The translations under genes were made by a program, and so were the position numbers. From NCBI GenBank assembly GCA_964504875.1, contig CAZDFJ010000010.1, positions 1,161-65,160 of the forward strand: a stretch of DNA of 64,000 bases, given 5' to 3'. Each line of letters opens with the position of its first letter. Positions within the stretch are counted from its first letter, which is position 1. Origin of the DNA: an uncultured Burkholderiales bacterium. Lineage in GTDB: Bacteria; Pseudomonadota; Gammaproteobacteria; Burkholderiales; CAZDFJ01. The notes under the pieces were generated by a model, which had not been told where the DNA came from, did not search any database, and was given only the letters and a program-made list of their open reading frames with translations. Shown in pieces: positions 8,466 through 19,000 of the stretch.

Positions 8466-11400
8466 AGACTGGATTCGGTTTAATATGATAATTATTTTTA
8501 CCGGATTGTTTGACAATATACATGGCTTCATCGGCTTGTTTTAATAAGCCTTCAGCGTCAGTGGCATGGGTTGGATAATGGACGCATCCCACACTTGCAG
8601 AAACTATCACCTGCATGTCTTTTTCTTTCACAATAATTTGATTTTTCTGCAAAATATTCTGAATCAATTTTTCAACTTCTAAATCTGCTTGTACGCTTTC
8701 TAAAATAATCGTAAATTCATCGCCCCCGAGCCGAGAAACAGTATCATTGGGAGAAACAATAGATTGTAAATTGTGCGCCACTTGAATTAAAACATGATCC
8801 CCTTCATCATGCCCAAAATTGTCATTGACGGCTTTAAAATTATCTAAATCTACAAACAAAAGCGAGAAGCGTGTCTGGTTTTTTTGAGCACTAGAAACCG
8901 CTTGATTTAATTGCTGCTGGAAAAAATGACGATTAGGCAATTGTGTTAGCTGATCATAATTCGCCAAATTTTCCAATTTTAATTGGGATTGTTTGAGCAA
9001 AGTAATATCAGAAAAAGTGGCGACATGATAGAGTACTTGATCCGTGCTATCCCGGACGACGCGGATTTTGAGTAACGCAATATAAATTTCCCCATTTTTC
9101 TTTTTGTTCCAAATTTCCCCTTCCCACTGACCATAACAGGTTAATGCATCCCACATTTGAATATAATAATTTTCAGAATGTTTTCCTGAATTTAAAATAC
9201 GGGGCGGTTTTCCTAAAATTTCCTCCAATGCATATCCCGTTAATGCACAGAAAGCAGGATTGGCACTGACAATAATATTGTATTTATCTGTAACGAGAAC
9301 ACTATCTAAACTTGATTCAAACACTGCATTTGCCAATTTAGAGTCATCTTCTATTTTTTTAAATAAACTAATATCTGAACAAGTGCCCAAAAGGCGTAAG
9401 GGCATATCTTTTTGATCATATTCAATAATTTTTCCGCGATCCATAACCCATATATATGTTTGGTTAGTACATAAAATGCGATATTCGCACATATATTGAT
9501 CACGCTGTCCTTTCAAATGAGATGCCAGTTGATCCGCAACTTTTTCTTGATCTGAAATATGAATTCGATCAAACCAACTTTTATAATCATTGGGAAAAGT
9601 CTGATCATCCATACCCAGCATTTCAAACCAACGTTTTGATCGAAAAATTTGATTGGTTTGAATATTCCAGTCCCATAATGCATCCCCACTGCTTTCTAAG
9701 GCAAATTGCCAACGTAATTCATTCTCATGAATGGCCATTAAAGAAGCCCGTTTTCGATCTGTAATATCAATACATGAACCAATATATCCAATAAAAGATC
9801 CATCCGATTGATAGCGGGGCTTTCCATGGTCTTCAACCCAACGATATTCGCCTGTGTGTTGACGTAATCTATATTCCATTACAAAAGGTTCGCGCTTATC
9901 AAATGATGCCGTATAGTGATTTAAACAGGTTTCTAAATCATCCGGATGCACGCCTTTTGTCCAACCTGAACCATATTCCTCCAGCAGCGTTTTGCCCGTA
10001 AAATCTAACCAAAATTGATTAAAATAAAAACATTTTTTATCAATGCCAGACATCCAAATGAGCACTGGAGCGCAATCAGCGACCTCTCGAAAACGGGTTT
10101 CGCTTTCTCGAAGGGAGCGTTCCAACTTTTTGGGTAACGAGACATCAACAATCACCCCATTAAAAAATAACACTTTTCCTGTACGATCACAGACAGGATT
10201 TGTCATACTATTGAGATAAACCCACTCTTGTTTTTTGGGATGAAAAACCCGCAATGATAGTTCAAAAGTTTGTTTATCCGAATATTGAATATGATTGCGT
10301 GCTGCCACCGCCGCCGCGTCATCCGGATGCATATTTTGAAACCAGGCGCCATAATCATAAATGTCCTCAACACCCATAATTTCTTTTACGGATGGGCTGA
10401 CAAAAACAAGAATTCCCCCATAAGGGGCATTTTCATCTCGTCTCACTCGAAAAACAATAAAATCTTTTGCACTTTGTAAAAGTGAATCAAAATGGGCTTG
10501 ATTTTCGCGCAACATGGATTCCATTTGACGACGTTCAGATAAATCAATTAAAGCGGCCGTGAGAACGTTTTGGTTAAAAAAACGAATCGGTTTGGCATAG
10601 ATATTGACATGAAAAATCGTATTATTACTACTTTTTAAAACCACTTCTTTTCCATTGACATTGCCCGTTTTTTTTATCAGCATGACAATATCATTTCTTT
10701 GTACAGGATTGACGTAAAAATCCATCACTGAATAGTGCAACAATTCTTTTTCAGTCAGTTGAAAGAGATATTCAGCTTGTTTATTACAAAGAATTATTTT
10801 TCCAGTATCAATATGCGTAATTAAAATTGGAATCGGTGCAATTTCTAATAATGTCTGAAAACGATCTTCACTTTGATCGAGTTCCATTTCTGTTTGTGAG
10901 AGCCGTTGTGTCAGTCGAAAAGGGTGATCTAATAATCGCCATATATAAACAGTAATTAAAAAGCCAACGAGTAGGGCTAATATTTGTAAATATAAAACAG
11001 GATAACTTTTCCAGCCATTAAATGGAATAGCAGAAACAATCCAGGTTCCATTTGGTAAACCAATTTCAGCATCAATCGGATTTTCTTGTAAAACATTAGG
11101 ATTGCCAAAAATCATTTCTCCTTTCGCGCCTAAACCGTCTCCTCCCCGCACTGCTAAATCGATTTCGGTATTATTTTTAAAACCAGCTTCAGTAAACAAA
11201 ATATCAATATCAATGATAATATGCGCAAAGCCCCAAAACTGGTTATTTTTGCGGTAAATGGGAGAACGTACAATCACAGCGCGGCCTCCTTGAACAAGTT
11301 CAAATGGTCCAACCACAATATTTTTATGTTGTTGGCGGGCGATTTCTAATGATTGCCTTTCTGCGGGTCGCCGCATCAAATTTAAACCGATGGCTTGTTG

Positions 11401-11754
11401 ATTGCCTTCGATAGGATAAATATGTGAAATGACTGCATTTTCAGAAAGTTGAATATTTTTAATGCCTGTTTGATTTGCAATTAAGACTTGTGCATAATCT
11501 GCAAATTCTTCTTGTGAAATATTTTCATGGGTTGATACATAAGCCACAACGCCTTGTAATAGCGAAAAACGCTGTTTTAAATCATCATCTAATTTTGCGC
11601 GAAAATGATTCATTTTTTCTGATATATATTCCCGTTCAAGTTGCTTGTGATGTAAAACGAATTGATCAATTAAAAAAAATTCTATGCATATTATGATTAT
11701 AAAAATAAAAAGCGTTTTCACACTTAAAACAAGGATATGACGATAGTTAGGCAT
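8464..11754 (-). CDS. membrane sensor diguanylate cyclase (CHASE-like periplasmic domain, multiple PAS, GGDEF)
   Basis: Two TM segments flank a CHASE-like region of about 240 aa, followed by several PAS repeats. C-terminal GGDEF domain with RLGGDEFTII (GGDEF = nt 8713-8727). The track start at 11784 is TTG; ATG 11754 (MPNYRH) is an alternative. Confidence 0.85.
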   Translation of the reverse strand: MPNYRHILVLSVKTLFIFIIIICIEFFLIDQFVLHHKQLEREYISEKMNHFRAKLDDDLKQRFSLLQGVVAYVSTHENISQEEFADYAQVLIANQTGIKNIQLSENAVISHIYPIEGNQQAIGLNLMRRPAERQSLEIARQQHKNIVVGPFELVQGGRAVIVRSPIYRKNNQFWGFAHIIIDIDILFTEAGFKNNTEIDLAVRGGDGLGAKGEMIFGNPNVLQENPIDAEIGLPNGTWIVSAIPFNGWKSYPVLYLQILALLVGFLITVYIWRLLDHPFRLTQRLSQTEMELDQSEDRFQTLLEIAPIPILITHIDTGKIILCNKQAEYLFQLTEKELLHYSVMDFYVNPVQRNDIVMLIKKTGNVNGKEVVLKSSNNTIFHVNIYAKPIRFFNQNVLTAALIDLSERRQMESMLRENQAHFDSLLQSAKDFIVFRVRRDENAPYGGILVFVSPSVKEIMGVEDIYDYGAWFQNMHPDDAAAVAARNHIQYSDKQTFELSLRVFHPKKQEWVYLNSMTNPVCDRTGKVLFFNGVIVDVSLPKKLERSLRESETRFREVADCAPVLIWMSGIDKKCFYFNQFWLDFTGKTLLEEYGSGWTKGVHPDDLETCLNHYTASFDKREPFVMEYRLRQHTGEYRWVEDHGKPRYQSDGSFIGYIGSCIDITDRKRASLMAIHENELRWQFALESSGDALWDWNIQTNQIFRSKRWFEMLGMDDQTFPNDYKSWFDRIHISDQEKVADQLASHLKGQRDQYMCEYRILCTNQTYIWVMDRGKIIEYDQKDMPLRLLGTCSDISLFKKIEDDSKLANAVFESSLDSVLVTDKYNIIVSANPAFCALTGYALEEILGKPPRILNSGKHSENYYIQMWDALTCYGQWEGEIWNKKKNGEIYIALLKIRVVRDSTDQVLYHVATFSDITLLKQSQLKLENLANYDQLTQLPNRHFFQQQLNQAVSSAQKNQTRFSLLFVDLDNFKAVNDNFGHDEGDHVLIQVAHNLQSIVSPNDTVSRLGGDEFTIILESVQADLEVEKLIQNILQKNQIIVKEKDMQVIVSASVGCVHYPTHATDAEGLLKQADEAMYIVKQSGKNNYHIKPNPV

Positions 11755-12340
11755 ATTTTCGTTTTCTCGTATTAGGGTGGTCAACGTAAAAAATTATTTT
11801 TGATCACAAAAATAAAAAATACTATTTATATTATATGCTAAGTCAATTTATGAGTGTATATTTACAGACGAACCAGACTAATCATGCTGGTGTCATTTTG
11901 TAGTTTGATTGATGAGAAAAGAGGAAATGACTATAAAAATTAAACAACTTTAAAAATAGAATTAATTGTATATTAAAACAATATTTTTTAATAAAATTAA
12001 AAATGTAAAATAAAATAAACTGACTTTGTTTCCTTTTTTTTTTTAAATTTTAATTCTGATAAAATTTGTACTAAAATAATGGAACCGATTGAATTTGATA
12101 TTTTCTTGAATCAGTGGTAAAGTTTGAGGGTTTTTTCTTAAGACACTTATCAGAAAAAAAATAAAAACTTTTTTGCGCGTGGAGTAAGACACTTCAAATA
12201 TCTCTTTGACTCACAAAAAAGTATAACGACAAGACAAAACGGTAAAATAAAGTCATAATTTTTTTGGCCAACTGCTAAAAAAATCATCAGTCTATGCCTC
12301 TATAATATTCTTTCAGCTATTTAATTTATTTTCAATTTTC

Positions 12341-12661
12341 ATGCGTTGGATTACTCTCATTTTAGTTGTCATAATTGCGGTCTTGCAATATCCACTCTGG
12401 TTTGGAAAAGGAAGTTGGTTAAGTGTGTGGGAAGTGGATCAAAAACTGACGACGCAGCGTGAGGTAAATGATCGATTACGTCTCCGTAATGAAGCCCTTG
12501 CTGCAGAAATTTCAGATCTCAAAAAAGGACACGAGGCCATTGAAGAACGGGCTCGTAGCGAACTGGGTATGATCAAATCAAACGAAATTTTCTTTCAAGT
12601 CTTAGAAGATCGTTCCGCAACATCCCAATCATCAATGAATTCTTCTTCCAAAAAAGAATAA
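12341..12661 (+). CDS. ftsB: cell division protein FtsB (septum formation initiator)
   Basis: 106 aa. N-terminal TM plus LQYPLWFGKGS motif, then a coiled coil (NDRLRLRNEALAAEISDLKKGHEAIEERARSELGM), as in FtsB. Confidence 0.85.
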   Translation: MRWITLILVVIIAVLQYPLWFGKGSWLSVWEVDQKLTTQREVNDRLRLRNEALAAEISDLKKGHEAIEERARSELGMIKSNEIFFQVLEDRSATSQSSMNSSSKKE

Positions 12662-12728
12662 AACAAAACAAATTTTTTCTATTGTTTGTGTTTTAATAAC
12701 ACGCATTTTGCTATGTAAAGGACTTTGC

Positions 12729-13982
12729 ATGCCACTTGACGATTTTCAACAAGAAAAACGCATTCTTCTGATTTTGGCATGCGTTGAATTTACTAATATT
12801 CTAGACTATATGATTATGCTGCCATTAGGTCCGCAGTTAATGCAGCTTTTTCATATTCCGCCACAATCTTTTGGACATTTAGTTTCAGCCTATAATTTTA
12901 GTGCTTGTTTGACAAGTTTATTGATTGCTTTTTATATTGATCATTTTGACAGAAAAAAGAGTCTGTTAGTGGTCTATAGTGGATTTATTGTCGCAACGCT
13001 CCTATGTAGTTTAGCGAATCAATATAGTTTTTTATTATTTGCCCGCATTTGTGCGGGGGCCTGTGGGGGCGTACTTGAGGCGATTATTTTCTCTATTGTC
13101 AGTGATCTTATTATAGAGTCCCGTCGAGGCCGCGCAACCGGTGTTATTATGTCTGCTTTTTCCCTGGCTTCTGTTTTAGGGATTCCAATTAGTATTTTTT
13201 TAGCCACCCATTTTAGCTGGCGCGCGCCTTTTTTGATGACGGCAATGCTAGCAACTATTATTTTTTTCTGGGTTTTCAAAAAGATTCCAGCAGTCAATGC
13301 GCATTTACAGGACCCAAAAAAATCACTCGCTCAGGTGCAACATTGGCATCAAATTAAAACGATTTTTGGTGATAGAAAAAATCTGAAAGCTTTTGTTTTT
13401 ATTCTGTTTTTAATGCTTTCTAGTTTTTCTATTATTCCATTTATTAATCCTTATTTTGTTGCAAATATTGGAATTGACGAGACACAATTAGGTTATTTTT
13501 ATATGGTTGGGGGCGCGATTTCCTTTTTTACTGGCCCATGGATTGGGCGTCTTTCTGATCGCTACGGAAAGCGAAAAATTTTCACAATAGTTGCATTGCT
13601 TGCAATGCTTCCGATGGCGCTTATTACACATCTTGACATCGTACTTACTTTTTTCAAACTTGAATCATTTCGGGTTTATATGGCATTATTAAGTATGGTT
13701 CTTTTTATGGTCATTGTGTCTGGACGTTTTGCCCCCGCAATGAGCCTTGTGACCTCTAGTGTTGACCCGAAAAATCGAGGCAGTTTTTTGAGTTTTAACG
13801 CCGCCGTTGATCAGGCTTCATGTGGATTGGCAACTTTTCTCGCTGGGCAAATTATTACCAAAAATCCAGCCACACAGGCTTTAATGTATTATGATTTTGT
13901 GGGGGTGCTCGCAATTTGTTTTTCTTTTATTTGTATTATTCTTGCGAATCAACTGAAGATTTATACCCTCTCATCTCATTAA
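12729..13982 (+). CDS. MFS transporter
   Basis: About 417 aa and about 12 hydrophobic segments. MFS-type loop DHFDRKK between TM2 and TM3 and GRLSDRYGKRK in the second half. ATG 12729 has AAGGA 6 nt upstream; the track start at 12708 is TTG. Confidence 0.8.
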   Translation: MPLDDFQQEKRILLILACVEFTNILDYMIMLPLGPQLMQLFHIPPQSFGHLVSAYNFSACLTSLLIAFYIDHFDRKKSLLVVYSGFIVATLLCSLANQYSFLLFARICAGACGGVLEAIIFSIVSDLIIESRRGRATGVIMSAFSLASVLGIPISIFLATHFSWRAPFLMTAMLATIIFFWVFKKIPAVNAHLQDPKKSLAQVQHWHQIKTIFGDRKNLKAFVFILFLMLSSFSIIPFINPYFVANIGIDETQLGYFYMVGGAISFFTGPWIGRLSDRYGKRKIFTIVALLAMLPMALITHLDIVLTFFKLESFRVYMALLSMVLFMVIVSGRFAPAMSLVTSSVDPKNRGSFLSFNAAVDQASCGLATFLAGQIITKNPATQALMYYDFVGVLAICFSFICIILANQLKIYTLSSH

Positions 13983-14018
13983 TTTATTTGATTTTAATTA
14001 TAAAAGGCGATTTTATCT

Positions 14019-14483
14019 ATGAGCGAAAAAGCAGAAATTATTACGCATATTCTAGAATTGGCAGAGTCTCGCGGTGAAGATCACGGCGTCCCTTATGCAG
14101 GGATTGTCACCCCGCATGAAGCCTATAAATTACATGAAGCGGATCCTGTACATATCAAAGTAATCGATGTTCGCTCTCGTGCAGAATGGGAATTGGTCGG
14201 CTATATTCCGAATACTATTCAGGTTGAATGGCAGACTTATCCTGGCTGGGAATCTAATCCCCAATTTTTAAGTCAACTTGAACAACAAGTGAATGCGGAT
14301 GATGTTTTGTTGTTTATTTGCCGCACAGGCGCCCGTTCTAATAATGCGGCTACTTTTGCGGCCCAGGCCGGTTTCACACGCTGTTACAATATTGCTGAAG
14401 GTTTTGAAGGTGATAAAAATGAAAAAAATCAACGCTGTTCTGTAAACGGATGGCGGGCCTCTAATTTGCCTTGGCATAATTAG
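14019..14483 (+). CDS. rhodanese-domain sulfurtransferase-like protein
   Basis: 154 aa with a rhodanese active-site loop, FICRTGARS. Confidence 0.75.
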   Translation: MSEKAEIITHILELAESRGEDHGVPYAGIVTPHEAYKLHEADPVHIKVIDVRSRAEWELVGYIPNTIQVEWQTYPGWESNPQFLSQLEQQVNADDVLLFICRTGARSNNAATFAAQAGFTRCYNIAEGFEGDKNEKNQRCSVNGWRASNLPWHN

Positions 14484-14497
14484 TTTCATATTTACAA

Positions 14498-14543
14498 AAT
14501 AAGAACTGTTTTTATATTATTATTTATAATAACAGTTCTTATT
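14498..14543 (+). terminator. long AT-rich hairpin downstream of the rhodanese gene (probable terminator)
   Basis: 13-bp perfect inverted repeat AATAAGAACTGTT (14498-14510) / AACAGTTCTTATT (14531-14543). The 20-nt spacer can add about 5 more base pairs. T-rich tract tgtttttc lies shortly downstream. Confidence 0.5.
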
Positions 14544-14709
14544 AGTTGATTGTTTTTCGCTAAGCGCCCTGCTTTTTTTAGAAAAAAAGATATTTTTATC
14601 TTGATTTTTTTTGACTAAAAAGGTGCATAAAGTCTTGAGTAACTATCTAACAGTTTAACTTAGTAAATCAAATTATTTTGAGGGGACATTGATTCACTTC
14701 ACAATTGGT

Positions 14710-14737
14710 TTGTGCATCTCATTAAGTTCGGTATAAT
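14710..14737 (+). promoter_or_regulatory. candidate sigma-70 promoter for the histidine kinase gene
   Basis: Perfect -10 TATAAT at 14732-14737 and a weak -35 ttgtgc at 14710-14715 (16-nt spacer). A GAGCAG-tct-CTGCTC hairpin (14755-14769) would lie in the leader. Confidence 0.3.
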
Positions 14738-14809
14738 ATAATTGAAATATAGTGGAGCAGTCTCTGCTCTTAAAAATCTTATTTTTTTAGTAAAGATCAA
14801 TCATTCCAT

Positions 14810-16075
14810 GTGAGTGCGAGACTGATGATAATGCAAGAAAACTCCATTGCCGCCTCTTTAGAGAATTTTCTGGAGGAATATCCACAATTAACCTACGCGC
14901 AAGTGCTCAATGCTTCGCCAGATGGGATGCTGATCACGGATATTGCATTAAAAGTTTACTCTTATAATGTCCGGTTTTTAGATTTTTTTGGCTATCCCCG
15001 TCCGACCCGTTTAGATTCTTTTCATGCAGTTTTAGAAAAAATAGAGCAATCAGAGCTTTTATTAGAACAGTTACAATCCTATTTGAATTTAATTCATTTA
15101 CATCGCAATATTCCTTCACCGCTCAAAATTGTTTTAAAATCAAAACGCGTTCTTTCTTGTCATATTCAATTCTTAACTGATCAATATGGACATCAATGGT
15201 GTCTCTATTTTTTTAGAGAAATTCTCACAACAGATGAAAGTTTAGAACATGAACGCCTGCAAACCTTAATTAATGAACAAACCGTTAGTTTGAGACAAGC
15301 CAAAGAAGAAGCGGAGGCTGCGAATCGTTTTAAAAGCGAATTTTTGGCAAATATGTCCCATGAACTGCGCACGCCTCTTCATGCGATTTTGGGTTTTGCA
15401 GAGCTTTTAATTGATATGGGGGATAGTTTTAGTGCCGATGAAATTTGGAAATATTTACAGAATATTCAAATTAGCGGAAAGCGCCTGCTCGTACTTCTAA
15501 ATGACTTGCTTGATTTATCTAAGCTTGAATCTGGGAAAATGGTTTATCAATTTAGGTGGTATAATCTATATGATATTTGTCGCCAAGCGATCAGTGAGCT
15601 TCGCCCTTTGTGGCAAGAAAAGCAGTTATTGATCGTTCATTCTATTCCAGAAATTGAGACAATGGTCATGTGTGATGAGGTGCGCATGTTACAAGTTTTA
15701 CATAATTTACTTTCGAATGCGATTAAATTTACCTCAGAAAATTCTACGATTCATATTTTATATCAACCGACAGAAATTTTATTGCCTAATCATGCTCAAC
15801 CTGTGCCTGCGTTGACCTGTATTGTTCGTGATGAGGGCATCGGGATTCCTGAAAATGAGTTAGACACGATCTTTGATAAATTTATTCAAAGTAGTAAAAC
15901 GCGGACGCAAGCAGGCGGAACAGGGCTCGGGTTGGCAATTTGTCGAGAAATTATCAAACAGCATCGCGGGACAATTTATGCTTCAAATAATACACAACTC
16001 TTTGATTTCGCACATCAAGGCGCCTCATTGATTTTTACGATTCCGATTCGGGAAGACGAAGCTATTTTGTCATAG
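14810..16075 (+). CDS. PAS-domain sensor histidine kinase (no adjacent response regulator)
   Basis: H-box [15 protein letters not shown]-box [10 protein letters not shown]1 DEGIGI, G2 GGTGLGLAI. The start is uncertain: GTG 14810, ATG 14825 or ATG 14831. Confidence 0.85.
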   Translation: MSARLMIMQENSIAASLENFLEEYPQLTYAQVLNASPDGMLITDIALKVYSYNVRFLDFFGYPRPTRLDSFHAVLEKIEQSELLLEQLQSYLNLIHLHRNIPSPLKIVLKSKRVLSCHIQFLTDQYGHQWCLYFFREILTTDESLEHERLQTLINEQTVSLRQAKEEAEAANRFKSEFLANMSHELRTPLHAILGFAELLIDMGDSFSADEIWKYLQNIQISGKRLLVLLNDLLDLSKLESGKMVYQFRWYNLYDICRQAISELRPLWQEKQLLIVHSIPEIETMVMCDEVRMLQVLHNLLSNAIKFTSENSTIHILYQPTEILLPNHAQPVPALTCIVRDEGIGIPENELDTIFDKFIQSSKTRTQAGGTGLGLAICREIIKQHRGTIYASNNTQLFDFAHQGASLIFTIPIREDEAILS

Positions 16076-16079
16076 GCAG

Positions 16080-19000
16080 TTAGCTATAATCTTTATCTAG
16101 TTGAAAGATTTTAATACAATCCCGCCCTGAATTTTTCGCGTCATACAAAGCGAGATCAGAAGCTCTCAGCAAGGAATCAGCGGTATTCGCATGATCTGGA
16201 AAAAGTGCAATTCCCGCCGACACTGTAATTTTTGGCAAATATTCTTGATGGAAAAAAAGCGACACTTCTTTGATTTCTTGACAAATCATTGCCACATGTT
16301 CATACGCTTTTTCTAAAGTCGTTTCTGTTAAAATCAGGACCATTTCTTCCCCACCATAACGACAAGCAATATCATGCGTTTTTGTTTCGGTGATTAAAAT
16401 TTCCGCAATTTTCTGAAGGACAAGATCCCCTGCTTCATGTCCGTAATTGTCATTAAATCTTTTGAAAAAATCCGCATCGAGTAAAACCAAAGCTAATTTT
16501 TGCTGAAAACGCAAAGCAGCGTTCAGTTGAACAGGTAAAATAGAATCTAAATAACGTCGGTTAAATAAACCTGTCAAGGCGTCACGGATGGCCTGATCAT
16601 GAAGTTGCTGGCGTAATTTAATATTAGACAAAGAGAGCTTAATGGCTTCTGTCACGGCCGTGGCAAGCTGGCGTGTCGTGTTCTCTAAACATTGCGTTTG
16701 ATTTTGTGTTGACAGATGAAAAATCCCTAAGGCTTCCCCATTCATTAATAATGGCATACAAAAAGATTGTAATCGTTCAGCTTGTTTGACATGATCACAC
16801 TGTAGTAATGAAGAGTACTTAACAGGCACATCAAAGGTAATTACCTGTTCTCGTTTTGGTACCAGGCTTTGACAGCCTGCATCAAAATAAGCAGCACAAC
16901 AACAATTTTCGCCCCAAATTGCCACATCTTCAAGTTCATTATTTTGATTGTAGGCGGCGACGCGGCCATTTAAATTAGGAAATAATTGTGTACAAAAACT
17001 GGCTATGACATGATAGGCTTTTTCTAAACTTTCACACGCTTGAAGTGATTCATTCATATGATATAATAAAGTCATTTCATAATCGTGCTTTTTCAAATCA
17101 CTTAATGTTTTAAGTAATTGTTCATTCACCAAAAAAAGTTCTTGTTCATTTTGTTTGCGAGACTCAATATCTAATAAATAGCCGTAATATAAGTACACCT
17201 GATTTTCTGATGTGCGTAAAATCGAGGTAAAATCATATTGCCAGTGATAAGATCCGTCTGCATAACGAATGCGATATTCTTGCTCTAAATAATCTGTATT
17301 TGTTGAATGACTGTAATAATCCACTTCGTCAGTAATGCGCTGAAAATCTTCAGGATGAATCAGTTCTGCAAAAGAAAATGTGTCAGTAAAAAAGAAATCA
17401 ATAGGATAACCCCATTGTGTCGGTACATTTGGCGAAACATATTCAACTTTCCAACAGTTATGAGGAAACCATTTAAAAACAACAACTGGCCCACCAATAA
17501 ATAATTGGCGTTCTTCTTCAAGTTTCCATTCTGCCTGCTTGCGCTGATGAATATTTTTGCGCGTTCCCGACATTAATAGTGGCTTATTCTCAGCATCATA
17601 AGAGGTGATTTTCCCCCGATCCATCACCCACACCCATTCCCCTTTTTTTGAGCGCGCCCGTAATTCACATTCGTACAAATCATTTTTACCCGTCAAATGT
17701 TGAGATAAAAGATTCTGTACTTTTTTGAGATCATCTGGATGAATGAGATCAAACCACACATCAATTTGGTGTTGAATATCATTATAATGATACCCCAACA
17801 TTTCACACCAATAATGATTAAATTTAAAAACGCCAGTATTAATTTCCCAATCCCAAAAACCTTCACTTGAACCTTCCATAATCCGGGCAAGTTGATTTTG
17901 GCTTTCGTATAAGGCAATTTGCGCCATTTTTTGTGTAGTAATATCTTGTACCATACAAATAGTAAATTTTAAAATTCTTTCATTTGTATAATACGGAGAC
18001 ACTGCTAAATTCACCCAAATTAATTGTTCAGAATGCGTAATCAGTCTGAGTTCAATTTGATACTGTGTAATTTCCTGATGAACCAGCCCGTAATATTGGC
18101 GTTGATTTAAGGCACGATCATCTGGATGAATCAGTTCATCTAAATTTTTACGAATCAGGGCATCATAAGGAAAATTAACTAACTGTAAAAATGCTTGATT
18201 CAGTTGTATAATTTTGCCATTAATTTGCAAACGCAAGATCCCCACAGGGGCATGATTACAAGTGGCATAGCAAAGCGTTTCATTTTCTTCTAAGGCTTTC
18301 TTCGCAAAATATTCTCGACTAATATCTAAAATCATTCCGCGCATAGAACCTAATCGTTGGACCGGCTGAGCGTATACATGGACAACACGAATTGACTTAT
18401 CATGTAAGATAATTTGAAAAATTTCATCAAACTGATTTTGTTCTTGGATGGCTTGAGTGAGGTGCTTTTCAATTCGTTGCAAATCACGTGGGTGAATAAA
18501 CCGGAGCCAAAAATCAAGTGTCGGTTGTGAAACGAGATGTTCGACCTCATTGAGACCATACAGATAATAAACGTTTTTATCCCATTGCATTTGGTTTGTT
18601 GAAAGGTTTAATTCCCAAATTCCAATAGGAAGTTTTTGCTGTAAAAATGTAACGTCATCTGTAAGATTTTGTAATGTTTCAAGTTGAGATTTTTGTGCAG
18701 AAATATTATGAAATCGTAAAAAAATATAATTTTTATCGAGTAAAAGAAAATGGTGCCAGTAGACCGCCAATTGAAATGCATTGTGGTTTACCAGGCATGA
18801 AGCTTCTAATAATTGACTCTCAACAGTCAGATCAAAATGTTCAAAATGCATGAATTGTGACAGCATTTTTCCCTTAATATCTGCCGCTGTTTTTTCATAA
18901 AAGAGACAACTCGCTTCGTTTACATCCGCAATTAAAAGTGTTTCAGGTTCCACAAGTAAATGCATGACGTATGGCATATGAAAAAAACGATCGTAAATAC

